Origin: Phycisphaerae bacterium
GTDB taxonomy: Bacteria > Planctomycetota > Phycisphaerae > SM23-33
Length of the DNA: 64,000 nucleotides
Assembly: GCA_003551645.1 (NCBI GenBank)
Contig: PUND01000134.1
Span: forward strand, 6,781 to 70,780
Direction of reading: 5' to 3'
Shown here: one piece after another, positions 39,298 through 48,486 of the stretch
Numbering within the stretch: position 1 is the first letter of the stretch
How the letters are laid out: each line of letters begins with the position of its first letter
Notes under the pieces: model-generated
Databases searched by the model: none
Seen by the model: only the letters and a program-made list of their open reading frames with translations
Told to the model about the DNA's origin: nothing
Program-made: the position numbers and the translations under genes

Positions 39298-39678
39298 TCA
39301 GTCTGCCGCCTCGATTTTGATTTCGGCGCCGTCGGCGACCGATTTAAGTGCTGTTGCGTCGCCCCGAACCCGACCGATGGGGTTGACCGGGCCGACCGCC
39401 CTGGGAACGCCGTCAGCACCGCTGGCGGGCGTGGGGCCGAAGAACACACACAAGGCCCGTCCCTCGGGCCAATAGGCAAGCTCGCCGATTTCCATTTCTG
39501 CGCGAGCATCATCCTCCGCGGGCAGAGCCAGCGGCGTGGCGAAGTAAATCTCCTCGCCCCAGGTATTGACTGTTCCGGAAATCGGCAGTGAATCCGCGAC
39601 GGCCTGTGCCGTAGCCGTGTCGTTCAACTGTCCGTCCAGCGACACATCACCGGCGGTTATGGTAATGGATATACCCAT
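39298..39678 (-). CDS. Cyclophilin-like fold protein (TM1367/DUF3830-like).
   Basis: The pattern EIGELAYWPEGRALCVFFGPTP...VNPIG is typical of the cyclophilin-like superfamily small proteins. Confidence 0.5.
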   Translation of the reverse strand: MGISITITAGDVSLDGQLNDTATAQAVADSLPISGTVNTWGEEIYFATPLALPAEDDARAEMEIGELAYWPEGRALCVFFGPTPASGADGVPRAVGPVNPIGRVRGDATALKSVADGAEIKIEAAD

Positions 39679-39709
39679 CTGATGTCATCCTCGCTCGCTG
39701 CCTCGGCCG

Positions 39710-40015
39710 TCACAGTCCGCATCCGACGGCCAGGCATATCAGCCGGGTCTCGGCCACGTTGGTCAGCGTGTGGCGTTCTCCGGCCGTGGCTACGGCCACA
39801 TGTCCGCTCTGCAATTGGTGTTGCTGGTCCTCGGCCTCGACGACGGCCGTGCCGGCTATCACGTAGTAAGACCACCGGCCCTGACGGACCGGGATGCTCT
39901 GCCCCGGTTCGAGGCATAGCATCTCGACTGTTACAGCTTCGTCTTTGTGCAACTGCACCCGTTGCGGCCTGGCCGACGCGAACCGCGCCTTGGCAATGGC
40001 ATTGACCGTGTCCAT
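39710..40015 (-). CDS. Cupin-domain protein.
   Basis: It is 101 aa and shows the cupin two-motif pattern (LEPGQSIPVRQGRWSYYVIAGTAVVE...GHVAVATAGERHTLTN). Confidence 0.55.
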   Translation of the reverse strand: MDTVNAIAKARFASARPQRVQLHKDEAVTVEMLCLEPGQSIPVRQGRWSYYVIAGTAVVEAEDQQHQLQSGHVAVATAGERHTLTNVAETRLICLAVGCGL

Positions 40016-40417
40016 TTTTCGACCCTACCGCGTCGTTGCGTCTGTCCCGCGGCGACACGTTGACAGGCGCAGCCGAAGCAATGTCTGTTATGCGGCTCCT
40101 TCCACTTTCACGGATATCCCGGTCGGTTCCGCCGTGGTTATCAGCCGCCGGTTCCGTATCAACGGCCCGGGCGACCGTGCGTTAAGTCTGTCCGCGGCCC
40201 TGATGGCGGACTTCATGCGGCCGGTGCCGCGGCCGCCTGGGCGCAGCTATTATATCTGGGCCTAAAACCCGGAATTGCCTTATGCTAATGTTATCGTCGC
40301 ACCGGCGGCGTTTGCAACAATATACCTGCTCAGGAAATGAAAAGCGGCAGTCGGTTGCCGGGAAGTTAATGGTTTCAGGGTGAAATCGGCTGCCTGCGGC
40401 GTTATCAATTACCCAAC

Positions 40418-42064
40418 ATGCGGATAGCTCTGGCACAGTACAAACCGACCGTCGGAGACATCGCCGCCAATGCCGCGACGACAGCCCGGCTTATCGACGA
40501 GGCCGTAGAACAGGGCGCCGATCTGGTGGTCTTTCCGGAGCTTTCGATAATGGGCTATCCGCCGCGCGACCTGCTGCGCAAGGACCGCTTCCTGGCCGAC
40601 GCCGCCGAGGCGATTGAGCGGCTGGCCCGCCGCTGCACCGGCACGACGGCCATAGTGGGCACGGCCCGGCCGAACCCCGGCAAACGGGGAAGGCCGCTGG
40701 AGAATGTCGCTGTTGTCCTCACCGACGGTGAGGTGGCCGGCTATCACGCCAAGCGTCTCCTGCCGAGCTACGACGTGTTCGACGAGACACGTTACTTCGA
40801 GCCGGGCGAGAATGCCGCGGTTATCGAAGTCGGCGGTATGCGGGTTGGGCTGAGTGTATGTGAAGATCTCTGGGACGCCGACGCCCTGGGGCGCGAGTTG
40901 TACGGTGTGGACCCCGTGGCCGAGCTTGCCGAGGCCGGCGCGCAGGTGGTGGTCAACCCGGCGGCGAGTCCGTATCAGCAGCACAAGGCCGGGCTGCGGG
41001 AGGAGCTGTTCGCTCGCCAGGCGGCGCGGGCGGGGGCGGCGGTGGTTTACGTCAACCAGGTCGGAGGCAACGACGAGCTGGTCTTCGACGGCGGCAGTTG
41101 CGTGATTTCCGCTTCGGGCACACTGTTGGCCAGGGCGCGGGCTTTCGAGCCGGATTTGCTGGTGGTGGATATGGAGGCGGGGCGTGGACGTATCGAGCCG
41201 CTGGACGATGAGATAGACCGTCTGGGTCAGGCGCTGCGTCTGGGGCTTGGCGACTACGCCCGCAAGTGCGGCTTTGACAGCGTGGTGCTTGGGCTTTCCG
41301 GCGGTCTGGACTCGGCCGTGACGGCGGTGCTCGCGGCGGACGCCCTCGGGCCGGAAAGCGTCCACGCGCTTGCGCTGCCGAGCCGGTACAGTAGCGAACA
41401 CAGCGTCGCCGACGCTGCGGAGCTGGCGCGGAATGTCGGCATATGCTACCGGGAGGTATCCATCGAGCAGGCCCATGTCGCCTGTGAACGTATGCTGGCG
41501 GCCGACCTTCGGGACGCCCCTGGAGCGGAGGTGGCCGTGGAGAATGTCCAGGCCCGCCTGCGCGGGCTGGCGGTGATGGCCATCAGCAACGCCTGGGGGC
41601 GGTTGGCGCTGGCGACAGGGAACAAGTCGGAGCTTTCCTGCGGATACTGCACGCTGTACGGCGACATGTCGGGCGGGCTGGCGCCGATAGGCGACGTGTT
41701 GAAGACGAGGGTGTACGAGCTGGCCGAGCGGATTAACGAAAATGCCTCTGTCGAGCGCATACCCCGGCGGACCATCACCAAGCCGCCCTCGGCGGAGCTT
41801 AAGCCCGGTCAGGTGGATCAGGACAAACTGCCGCCCTATGATGTCCTTGACGGGATATTGTCGCGGTATGTGGAGTTGGATTGGACCGCGGAGCAGACAA
41901 TCGCCGATGGTTTCGATGAGGAGCTTGTGCGAAAGGTGGTGCGGATGGTTGACGGCGCAGAGCACAAGCGAAGGCAAGCTGCTCCAGTGCTTAAGGTTAC
42001 AGGCAGGGCCTTCGGTACTGGCCGGCGGATGCCTATCGCTCAGCGCTACCGGCCTGAGAAGTAA
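40418..42064 (+). CDS. nadE: Glutamine-dependent NAD+ synthetase.
   Basis: The N-terminal half is a nitrilase/CN-hydrolase domain (MRIALAQYKP...VVFPELSIMGYPP). The C-terminal half is an NAD synthetase PP-loop domain (VVLGLSGGLDSAV). Confidence 0.9.
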   Translation: MRIALAQYKPTVGDIAANAATTARLIDEAVEQGADLVVFPELSIMGYPPRDLLRKDRFLADAAEAIERLARRCTGTTAIVGTARPNPGKRGRPLENVAVVLTDGEVAGYHAKRLLPSYDVFDETRYFEPGENAAVIEVGGMRVGLSVCEDLWDADALGRELYGVDPVAELAEAGAQVVVNPAASPYQQHKAGLREELFARQAARAGAAVVYVNQVGGNDELVFDGGSCVISASGTLLARARAFEPDLLVVDMEAGRGRIEPLDDEIDRLGQALRLGLGDYARKCGFDSVVLGLSGGLDSAVTAVLAADALGPESVHALALPSRYSSEHSVADAAELARNVGICYREVSIEQAHVACERMLAADLRDAPGAEVAVENVQARLRGLAVMAISNAWGRLALATGNKSELSCGYCTLYGDMSGGLAPIGDVLKTRVYELAERINENASVERIPRRTITKPPSAELKPGQVDQDKLPPYDVLDGILSRYVELDWTAEQTIADGFDEELVRKVVRMVDGAEHKRRQAAPVLKVTGRAFGTGRRMPIAQRYRPEK

Positions 42065-42144
42065 TCACGCCTGCGGGACGTTTTGCTGAAACAAATCAGG
42101 CCACCGGGCGCTTAAAGCTTCAGTGTAAGCGCCGCACATCCGAA

Positions 42145-42735
42145 TTGAGCGGAAGTCGGGCTTATCCGGCTTCAAGGTCTGGGCCGTGTCCCGGTGTTTT
42201 TCAACGGGTGACGAACATGCAGCTAGTCTGCCGACATTGCGGCTGGGTTCTGGATGTTGAGGCCGATCAGGCCGGCGAGGTTGTGCCGTGTCCACGTTGC
42301 GGCCAGGATGTCCGCATACCGGGTGATGGTCCGAGTGATGACGACCTCGATGCGGATGCGGAAGTCGGCTTTGCGGATCAGGCCCGAGCTGCTATGAAAC
42401 GCCCTCTCAGGGCCAATGTGACCTGTCCGCGATGCGAGCATGTGTTCACCGTTGGTCTGCGGATGTGCGGCCGGTCGGTTCACTGCCCCTCGTGCAGGGT
42501 TCCGGTACGGATACCCTATCCGGACGAGCGGCAAGTCGGGGCGTCCGGCGAACCGGCACAACCGCCGGCGCAGTCGGTGAATCCCCCTGCCAAGAAGCCG
42601 CGCGGCAAACATTCTGGCAAGCCCGGCAGCAGGAACCGGCTGAATTTCAGGCAGGGCTGGGTGCTGGTACTGGTCCCGGTGGTAGTGCTGGCCCTTGTCG
42701 GCGTGGCGGCCATACTGAAGCTCATCTGGTCCTGA
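42145..42735 (+). CDS. Membrane-anchored protein with two zinc ribbons.
   Basis: The two ribbons are CRHCGW...CPRCGQ and CPRCEH...CPSCRV. A C-terminal TM helix follows (WVLVLVPVVVLALVGVAAILKLIW). The start is possibly at 42217 (MQLVCRHCG). Confidence 0.45.
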   Translation: MSGSRAYPASRSGPCPGVFQRVTNMQLVCRHCGWVLDVEADQAGEVVPCPRCGQDVRIPGDGPSDDDLDADAEVGFADQARAAMKRPLRANVTCPRCEHVFTVGLRMCGRSVHCPSCRVPVRIPYPDERQVGASGEPAQPPAQSVNPPAKKPRGKHSGKPGSRNRLNFRQGWVLVLVPVVVLALVGVAAILKLIWS

Positions 42736-42827
42736 AAGGTCATAGCACCCGGGGATGTACCCAGGCGGTTGCGGCGCGGTGATGCCATTAGGGCTTTTTG
42801 TGGAATGCCTGTCGTGTTGAGGCCGGG

Positions 42828-42945
42828 GAGGTTAGCATTTGTCGCCTGGCGGGGTGGTAAGCATTCAGACGCCCCCTGACGAGGGTTTGGCGGATTGTGG
42901 CCGCCAGGGGCTATTCTCAGATGCCCCTGATGGGGGCTTGGCCGG
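42828..42945. repeat. Imperfect tandem repeat of ~30-50-nt units, each containing a short GC hairpin. It lies just upstream of the DUF1638 gene.
   Basis: The first unit is cagacgccccctgacgagggtttggcgg and the second is cagatgcccctgatgggggcttggccgg, ~80% identical. The GGTtAGCATT / GGTaAGCATTc motif recurs, as do CCCC-tgat-GGGG-type stems. Confidence 0.5.
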
Positions 42946-42984
42946 CCCGGGCCGCCGGCCCCGCGGAGTCAGAGGTCAGAGGAC

Positions 42985-43758
42985 ATGGAACGGAAGAAAC
43001 TCATCTTCATCGGCTGCGATGTGATGTACCGCGAGGCGTGCGCCCTTGCCGCGAAAAGCCCGCACAGGGTGGACCTGAGGTTTGTGCCAAAGAGCTTGCA
43101 CGATGACTCCGACGCGATGCGCGAAAAGCTCCAGCAGGAGATTGACGCCGTGGACCCCGAAACCGGCTACCACGGCATTCTGCTGGGCTTCGGGCGGTGC
43201 AATGACGGCGTTGTGGGGATAACAGCTCGCCACACTCCGCTGGTGATACCCAGGGCGCACGACTGCATCACGCTGTTCTTCGGCTCGCGGGAGGAGTTTA
43301 AGCGCAACTTTGCGGACAACCCGGGCACATATTATATGACGACCGGATGGTACGAACGCTCCGAAGGCAGAGGGCTTGAGGACCAGTCCGACCTGAAACA
43401 CCTGCCGGTGGTCGGCTCGTACGATGAGCTTGTGCGGCAATACGGCCGCGAGAATGCCGACTACATCGCCGAAACGCTGGGCGGCTGGTCCGCGAAATAC
43501 TCCAGAATGCTTTATCTGGAGATGGGCGCCACCGACGAGCGGCCGATACTCAGCGCGGCCCGGGCCGAGGCGGAAAGCCGCGGCTGGCAGTTCCTGCAAC
43601 GCAAGGGCGACTGGACGCTTCTGGAGAAGTTCTTCTTCGGCCGGTGGGATGAGGACTTCGTGGTAATACCGGCCGGCGGACGGGTGGCCGCCTGCAACGA
43701 CGACCGCATACTGGACGTGGAGCTGACCTTCGAGAATCCGGACCCGCAGAGCCAGTAG
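42985..43758 (+). CDS. DUF1638 domain protein.
   Basis: The N-terminus MERKKLIFIGCDVMYREA... and the length of ~257 aa fit the DUF1638 family. That family is usually found near corrinoid/methyltransferase genes. Confidence 0.5.
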   Translation: MERKKLIFIGCDVMYREACALAAKSPHRVDLRFVPKSLHDDSDAMREKLQQEIDAVDPETGYHGILLGFGRCNDGVVGITARHTPLVIPRAHDCITLFFGSREEFKRNFADNPGTYYMTTGWYERSEGRGLEDQSDLKHLPVVGSYDELVRQYGRENADYIAETLGGWSAKYSRMLYLEMGATDERPILSAARAEAESRGWQFLQRKGDWTLLEKFFFGRWDEDFVVIPAGGRVAACNDDRILDVELTFENPDPQSQ

Positions 43759-43884
43759 AGAATTTCTGAAGCCGTTCCCTCAAATGACACGGGCACCCTG
43801 GCCCACGCACCGTCCAGAAGCACCCGTTTTCATCCGCGTCCATCCCCGCCTCGGTTGGCAAGAACGAGGTCCATCGCGCCCTGC

Positions 43885-44697
43885 TTACAGGCGCCGCAGG
43901 TGAAACCCGCCGTCCACGTTTATGATCTCCCCGGTCGAAAATGGCAGCAGGTCGTCGGCGACGGCCGCCACCGCTCGGGCCACATCGCTTGCGCGTCCCC
44001 AGCGGCGAAGCGGCGTCAGGCCCTCGGCTATCAAAGAGTCGTAACGCGAATGCGAAGGATCAGCCGGGCCTGCCGATATAAGCCCCACCCGCAACTCGTA
44101 CACGTTTATCCCGAACTCACCGAGCACGTCGGCGAAGAGACGGCTCATCATGGACACGCCGGCTCGCGCGATACACTGCGGGCCGTGGTCGCCGCTGGTG
44201 GTATAGGCGCTGATGGAGTTGATGGTCACTATCCGCGGGTCGGATATCTGCCCGGCCTCGGCCAGGCGGACCATCTCGTTGGCGACTAGCTTTGTCAGAA
44301 ACAGCGTCGCCGTCAGTTGCATATCCAGCACGCGGTAGTAGGTTTCCTCGGTAAGCTCCAACAGGTCCTCGGTGGGGCGGGGCTGTGCGGGCGGTGAGTT
44401 CACCAGCATGTCGATGCGGCCGAATTCTTCCAGCACTCGCTCAACCAATTGCTCGCGGTCCTGAGGCGAGGTCAGGTCGGCGGCCGAGCACTCGACGCGT
44501 CCTCCGGCGTCTTCGGCGGCGGCGGATATCTCCGCGACGCAATCGTCGGCCGAACGCACCGAAGGCCCATATTGCACGAAAATGTCCCAGCCCCTTCCGG
44601 CAAGCTCCACGGCTACCGATTTGCCCAGACCAGCCGCACCGGCGGTTATCAGCGCCGCCCGCCGCGGGGAATCCTCAAAATTCTCGCTCGTGTTCAT
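43885..44697 (-). CDS. SDR-family oxidoreductase.
   Basis: ALITAGAAGLGKSVA is the Rossmann TGxxxGxG motif. NSISAY...SGDHGPQCIARAG carries the catalytic Ser/Tyr/Lys region. Confidence 0.7.
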   Translation of the reverse strand: MNTSENFEDSPRRAALITAGAAGLGKSVAVELAGRGWDIFVQYGPSVRSADDCVAEISAAAEDAGGRVECSAADLTSPQDREQLVERVLEEFGRIDMLVNSPPAQPRPTEDLLELTEETYYRVLDMQLTATLFLTKLVANEMVRLAEAGQISDPRIVTINSISAYTTSGDHGPQCIARAGVSMMSRLFADVLGEFGINVYELRVGLISAGPADPSHSRYDSLIAEGLTPLRRWGRASDVARAVAAVADDLLPFSTGEIINVDGGFHLRRL

Positions 44698-44821
44698 ACC
44701 TTTTGCATTATCGGCCGGTCGGCTCGTTTAGGATTGGTCAACTTCATCCGTGCCGCCCCTTGTGCCGCGGGGCGCTGCGCGGTATGTCCCACACAGAGAC
44801 ACATGTGAAAGGAGTGCCGAG

Positions 44822-45343
44822 ATGGATACCCTTACCGCCATTCACGCCAGGCGCAGCGTCAGGAAGTTCCGCCCCGATCCGGTTGACCGGGAGGATCTGC
44901 AGCGCATAGTCGCCGCCGCTATTGATGCGCCCTCCGGCTGCAACGCACAGTTGCGCCAGTATGTGATAGTTGACGATGTCGAAGTGATGGACAAACTCCG
45001 CGGCTTCAGCCATGCCCTTGAGGCGGCCCCGGCGGCGGTCGTGCTTGTCATTGACCCCAAGCCGACGCGGTTCGGCGAGTTCTGGGTGCAGGACGCCTCG
45101 GCGGCGATGCAGAACATGCTTCTGGCGGCCGAGGCCCTCGGATACGGCGCCTGCTGGGTGGAGGGCGCCATACGCCGCCACGAAAAGGATATAGCCGACA
45201 TGCTCGGCGTTCCCGAACCGCTGCGGGTGTGGTCGATCATGCCCGTCGGCCGACCAGACGGGCGCCCGGACCGGCCGGAAAAATCCGACCCGGACGAGGT
45301 GACCCACTTCAACGCCTTCGGACGGAAAGCAGACCGCCGGTAA
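44822..45343 (+). CDS. Nitroreductase-family protein.
   Basis: AIHARRSVRKFRPDPV...IVAAAIDAPSGCNAQ is the nitroreductase N-terminal signature. The start is at the internal ATG. Confidence 0.7.
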   Translation: MDTLTAIHARRSVRKFRPDPVDREDLQRIVAAAIDAPSGCNAQLRQYVIVDDVEVMDKLRGFSHALEAAPAAVVLVIDPKPTRFGEFWVQDASAAMQNMLLAAEALGYGACWVEGAIRRHEKDIADMLGVPEPLRVWSIMPVGRPDGRPDRPEKSDPDEVTHFNAFGRKADRR

Positions 45344-45542
45344 GCGCCCCACGTGCCACAAGCAGCCCGCGGTGGCTGAAGCAACTCCGTTTCCGCCCGG
45401 CCATAGGGCGGCTGCGAACATTGGGCGGCTGTTGGCGCGGGCGTCGCGGAAGCTTACTGTAGCGGCAGTTGAGCTTGCGGCCATGCTGGAAGACCGGACA
45501 CAATCGCAAAATGACGGCTCTCGGCCGCCCCACAAAGGGTGG

Positions 45543-45839
45543 ATGTCTTTCGTGTGTCTGGCGATGTTCACGTTGTTTGTGCTGACTTTACCGCGTCTGG
45601 GATATGCGCCGCTTCTGAGAACGTGGCGATGGGCCGGCGGCGAACTTATCTTGGATATAATGAGCTTGCTCGGTCTGATAGGCGGCTTGGTCGCCGCGGT
45701 GTACCTGCCGCTTCGATTCCGCATGATAATGATGCTCCCGCAGGCGGTGAAGGTGGCCGGCCTGGTCGGCGCTGGCGGGCTTATCGTGCATCTGGGTTTC
45801 TCGCTGCTGAACCTTGTGATTGTCCTGCTGGCCACCTGA
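45543..45839 (+). CDS. Small hypothetical membrane protein with about 3 TM helices.
   Basis: The evidence is hydrophobic helices only. The start is uncertain because the track ORF begins at 45372. Confidence 0.25.
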   Translation: MSFVCLAMFTLFVLTLPRLGYAPLLRTWRWAGGELILDIMSLLGLIGGLVAAVYLPLRFRMIMMLPQAVKVAGLVGAGGLIVHLGFSLLNLVIVLLAT

Positions 45840-45884
45840 GCCGGCGGACATGCGGACAGGAAAGTCCGGGACGGGAGAGAAACG

Positions 45885-46679
45885 ATGGATCGTACCAAAC
45901 GAACGGTCGTTTACGCGGCACTGGCAATGGCGATGGCGGCGCTGGCCGGCTGCAACGCGCAGATGCCGCCGGAGGCGCAGCAGATGTTGACGGTGGGGCT
46001 GGATGCCTATGAGGCGGGCGATGACGACGCCGTTATCGAGGGTATGGACCGGTTCATCGCCGAATATCCGCGCGTCCGCGGCGTCGAGCAGGCGTATTAC
46101 CTGCGCGGGCTGACGCACTATCGGGCGGATCGGATCGACCTGGCGTGGAGCGACCTTGCCGAGGCGGTCGGACGCTCCGATGACGGGGTGCTCCGGGCCA
46201 AGGCGCGCGTGACACTCGGCGACATCGCCTACGACGGCGACGATATCTCCGAGGCCGAGGACCACTACCGCCGGGCGCTGGACGATGTAGGGCAGGAGCA
46301 GGCCCCGGCCGATCACGCGCGCTATCGGTTGGGAAGCGTTCTCCAGCGGCAGGGCCGCTGGCGGGAGGCCGACCTGCACTTCAACCGGGTGATATATGCT
46401 TTCCCGCATTCTCGCTTCGCCGCCCCCGCCGAACGGCGGGTCCACGCGCGGGCCTGGACCATCCAGGCGGGCGCCTTCAACCAGCGGTCCAACGCGGACG
46501 TACTGGCCGACACGCTGCGGGCCGCCGGGCTCGACGCGGAGGCCCGGGCCACACTGGCCGAGAGCGGCCCGCGATACGTGGTGCAGGTCGGCAGGTACGA
46601 TTCCTACGATGCCGCGGCCGCCGCGCTGGAAAACGTCCACCGTCACGAGCCGCAGGCGTTTGTGACGGTGACGCGATGA
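45885..46679 (+). CDS. Lipoprotein with a TPR-like region and a C-terminal SPOR (peptidoglycan-binding) domain.
   Basis: The lipobox is AALAGC. The C-terminus WTIQAGAFNQRSNADVLADTLRAAGLDAEA...YVVQVGRYDSYDAAAAAL fits the SPOR fold pattern. Confidence 0.6.
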   Translation: MDRTKRTVVYAALAMAMAALAGCNAQMPPEAQQMLTVGLDAYEAGDDDAVIEGMDRFIAEYPRVRGVEQAYYLRGLTHYRADRIDLAWSDLAEAVGRSDDGVLRAKARVTLGDIAYDGDDISEAEDHYRRALDDVGQEQAPADHARYRLGSVLQRQGRWREADLHFNRVIYAFPHSRFAAPAERRVHARAWTIQAGAFNQRSNADVLADTLRAAGLDAEARATLAESGPRYVVQVGRYDSYDAAAAALENVHRHEPQAFVTVTR

Positions 46680-46746
46680 GTCCTTGTGGGACGGGCTGAG
46701 GAGGTTCGCGGTGGCTGTGCTCTCGCGGCTGCTGAAGGTCGGGACG

Positions 46747-48342
46747 ATGGCCGAGTCCATGACGGTCTATGTCCCGGCTATGATGCTCCAGAAGGGCGTC
46801 GGCCTGGTTCGGCTTCTGCTGCTGGTGCACTTGCTCAGCAACGTGGAGTACGGCCTGTGGGCGGTGGGGGCCTTCCTGTTCGACATCATCACCCCGGTTG
46901 TAACACTCGGCAGCAACCACGGTCTTACACGATACGTGGGTCTCTACGAGGCGCGGGGCGAGATTCGCTCCTTCTACAGGCGCATCCGCTGGCCGATTCT
47001 GGCCGTGTGCGTTCTGCTGACAGCCGGGGCGTTCTCAGGCGCGGACCTGCTTGCGCGACATGTGGTCGCGTCGCGGGCCGAGGCGGAGGTCGCCGACGCC
47101 GCACGCTACATGCGGGTGTGTCTGGCGGCGCTGGCCAACGTGCTGGTCATGGCGCTGTACCTGAACCTGCTGAGTTTCCTGTACGGGCTGCGGACCTATC
47201 GGCTGATTGCCGCGCTTGAAGTGTTGTTCAGCGTGGGCTTCACCGTATTGGCGGTCGTTGTGGTCCTGGCGGCGCCCACCGGAGAGGCGGTGCTGCTGTC
47301 GCACTCGGCGGCCGTGACTGTGGCGCTGGTGACCGGGCTGGTCCTGCTGCAGGCCGGGCTGAGGCGGCACGTCGCCGGCGCCGGGGAGGGCGACTTCTCG
47401 CAGCCGGCGCCGGTGCCGACGGCGGATGCCGACGAAAGCGCCGTGGCCGACTCCGTCGCGCCCGCTTCCGGCGGGGCCGAGACTACGGCGCCCGAAGGCC
47501 TGTGGGCGACGTTCGCCCGCATACTCCGGTTCGGGCTGATCGCGCTGGTCAGCAACGTCCTGTGGAACCTGCTGGGCTACGTCAGCTACTACCTTACGCA
47601 TCGGCGGTTCGGCGAGCAGGCCGGCGGCACGTTCCAGGCTTATATGCGGCTGCTTGGCCAGCCGGTGATGGCGCTTTCCTCCGCGGCGTGGGCGGTGGTT
47701 TTCACGCACGTGGTGCGCCGCTGGGAGGCCGACAGGCAAGTCGGCTCGGACTCGGGTTCGGGAGCCGACGCGTTTGAGACGCTTCAGACTGCTTACAAGG
47801 CGGTCGGGCTGGCGCTGATGACGGTTGGCGTGCTGCTGTATGTGACCGCGCCGTTGTGGGTCCGCATCATGCCCGTGGAAATGGTCGAGGTCGGACGGTC
47901 GCTGGTGCCGGGTCTGCTGATGTTCTTCCAGTCGCTGGCGCACCTTGCGCTTCTGACGATGCTGGCCAAGCTGCGAGAGCGGCCGGCGGTTATCGCGATG
48001 GCGGCGGTGGTGGGGGCCGCGGCAAACGTGGCACTGGCGCTGTGGTGGATGCCGGCCCACGGACCTGCCGGGGCGGCCAGGGCCGCCGGGGTGGGCATGT
48101 ACGTCGGCGGCGGCGCCGTGGCGGCGGGGTATTTCCTGCTTACACGGCTGAGGATGCGGCGGGGCACATACCTGGTGCTGGCGGCGCCGGCGTTGTTCCT
48201 GCTTCCGGTCGTCATTGTCGGTCCGCTCTGGGCGGCGGTTCTTATTGCGGCATGGCTGACGGCGCTGGTGTTCAGCGGCCGGGAGAAAGACCGGCTCGTC
48301 TCGGCTGCGAAGGATATGCTCAGCCGCGGACGCTCAGGGTAG
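46747..48342 (+). CDS. MOP-superfamily polysaccharide/oligosaccharide flippase (Wzx/MurJ-like).
   Basis: It is about 530 aa with 12 or more predicted TM helices, and the N-terminal pattern MAESMTVYVPAMMLQKGVGLVRLLLLVHLL is typical of polysaccharide biosynthesis protein family members. Confidence 0.55.
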   Translation: MAESMTVYVPAMMLQKGVGLVRLLLLVHLLSNVEYGLWAVGAFLFDIITPVVTLGSNHGLTRYVGLYEARGEIRSFYRRIRWPILAVCVLLTAGAFSGADLLARHVVASRAEAEVADAARYMRVCLAALANVLVMALYLNLLSFLYGLRTYRLIAALEVLFSVGFTVLAVVVVLAAPTGEAVLLSHSAAVTVALVTGLVLLQAGLRRHVAGAGEGDFSQPAPVPTADADESAVADSVAPASGGAETTAPEGLWATFARILRFGLIALVSNVLWNLLGYVSYYLTHRRFGEQAGGTFQAYMRLLGQPVMALSSAAWAVVFTHVVRRWEADRQVGSDSGSGADAFETLQTAYKAVGLALMTVGVLLYVTAPLWVRIMPVEMVEVGRSLVPGLLMFFQSLAHLALLTMLAKLRERPAVIAMAAVVGAAANVALALWWMPAHGPAGAARAAGVGMYVGGGAVAAGYFLLTRLRMRRGTYLVLAAPALFLLPVVIVGPLWAAVLIAAWLTALVFSGREKDRLVSAAKDMLSRGRSG

Positions 48343-48486
48343 CGTAAGATTCAGCTCCGGCGTGCCAGCCCCGGTGGGGCAGCGATGCGGCCGCCTGGCT
48401 GGCCGGGGCGCTTTCGGCCTGTCTTTGAAGGTGTTTACTTCACCGTGGTCCGCCATGTGCCGATGAAAACGGGGTAAGGGAGGATC

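Noticed and set aside
42780-42985. A cobalamin riboswitch upstream of DUF1638, a family linked to corrinoid methyltransferases.
   Set aside because: No recognisable B12 box (GCCACTG-like core) or conserved riboswitch architecture was found. Only tandem hairpin repeats are present.
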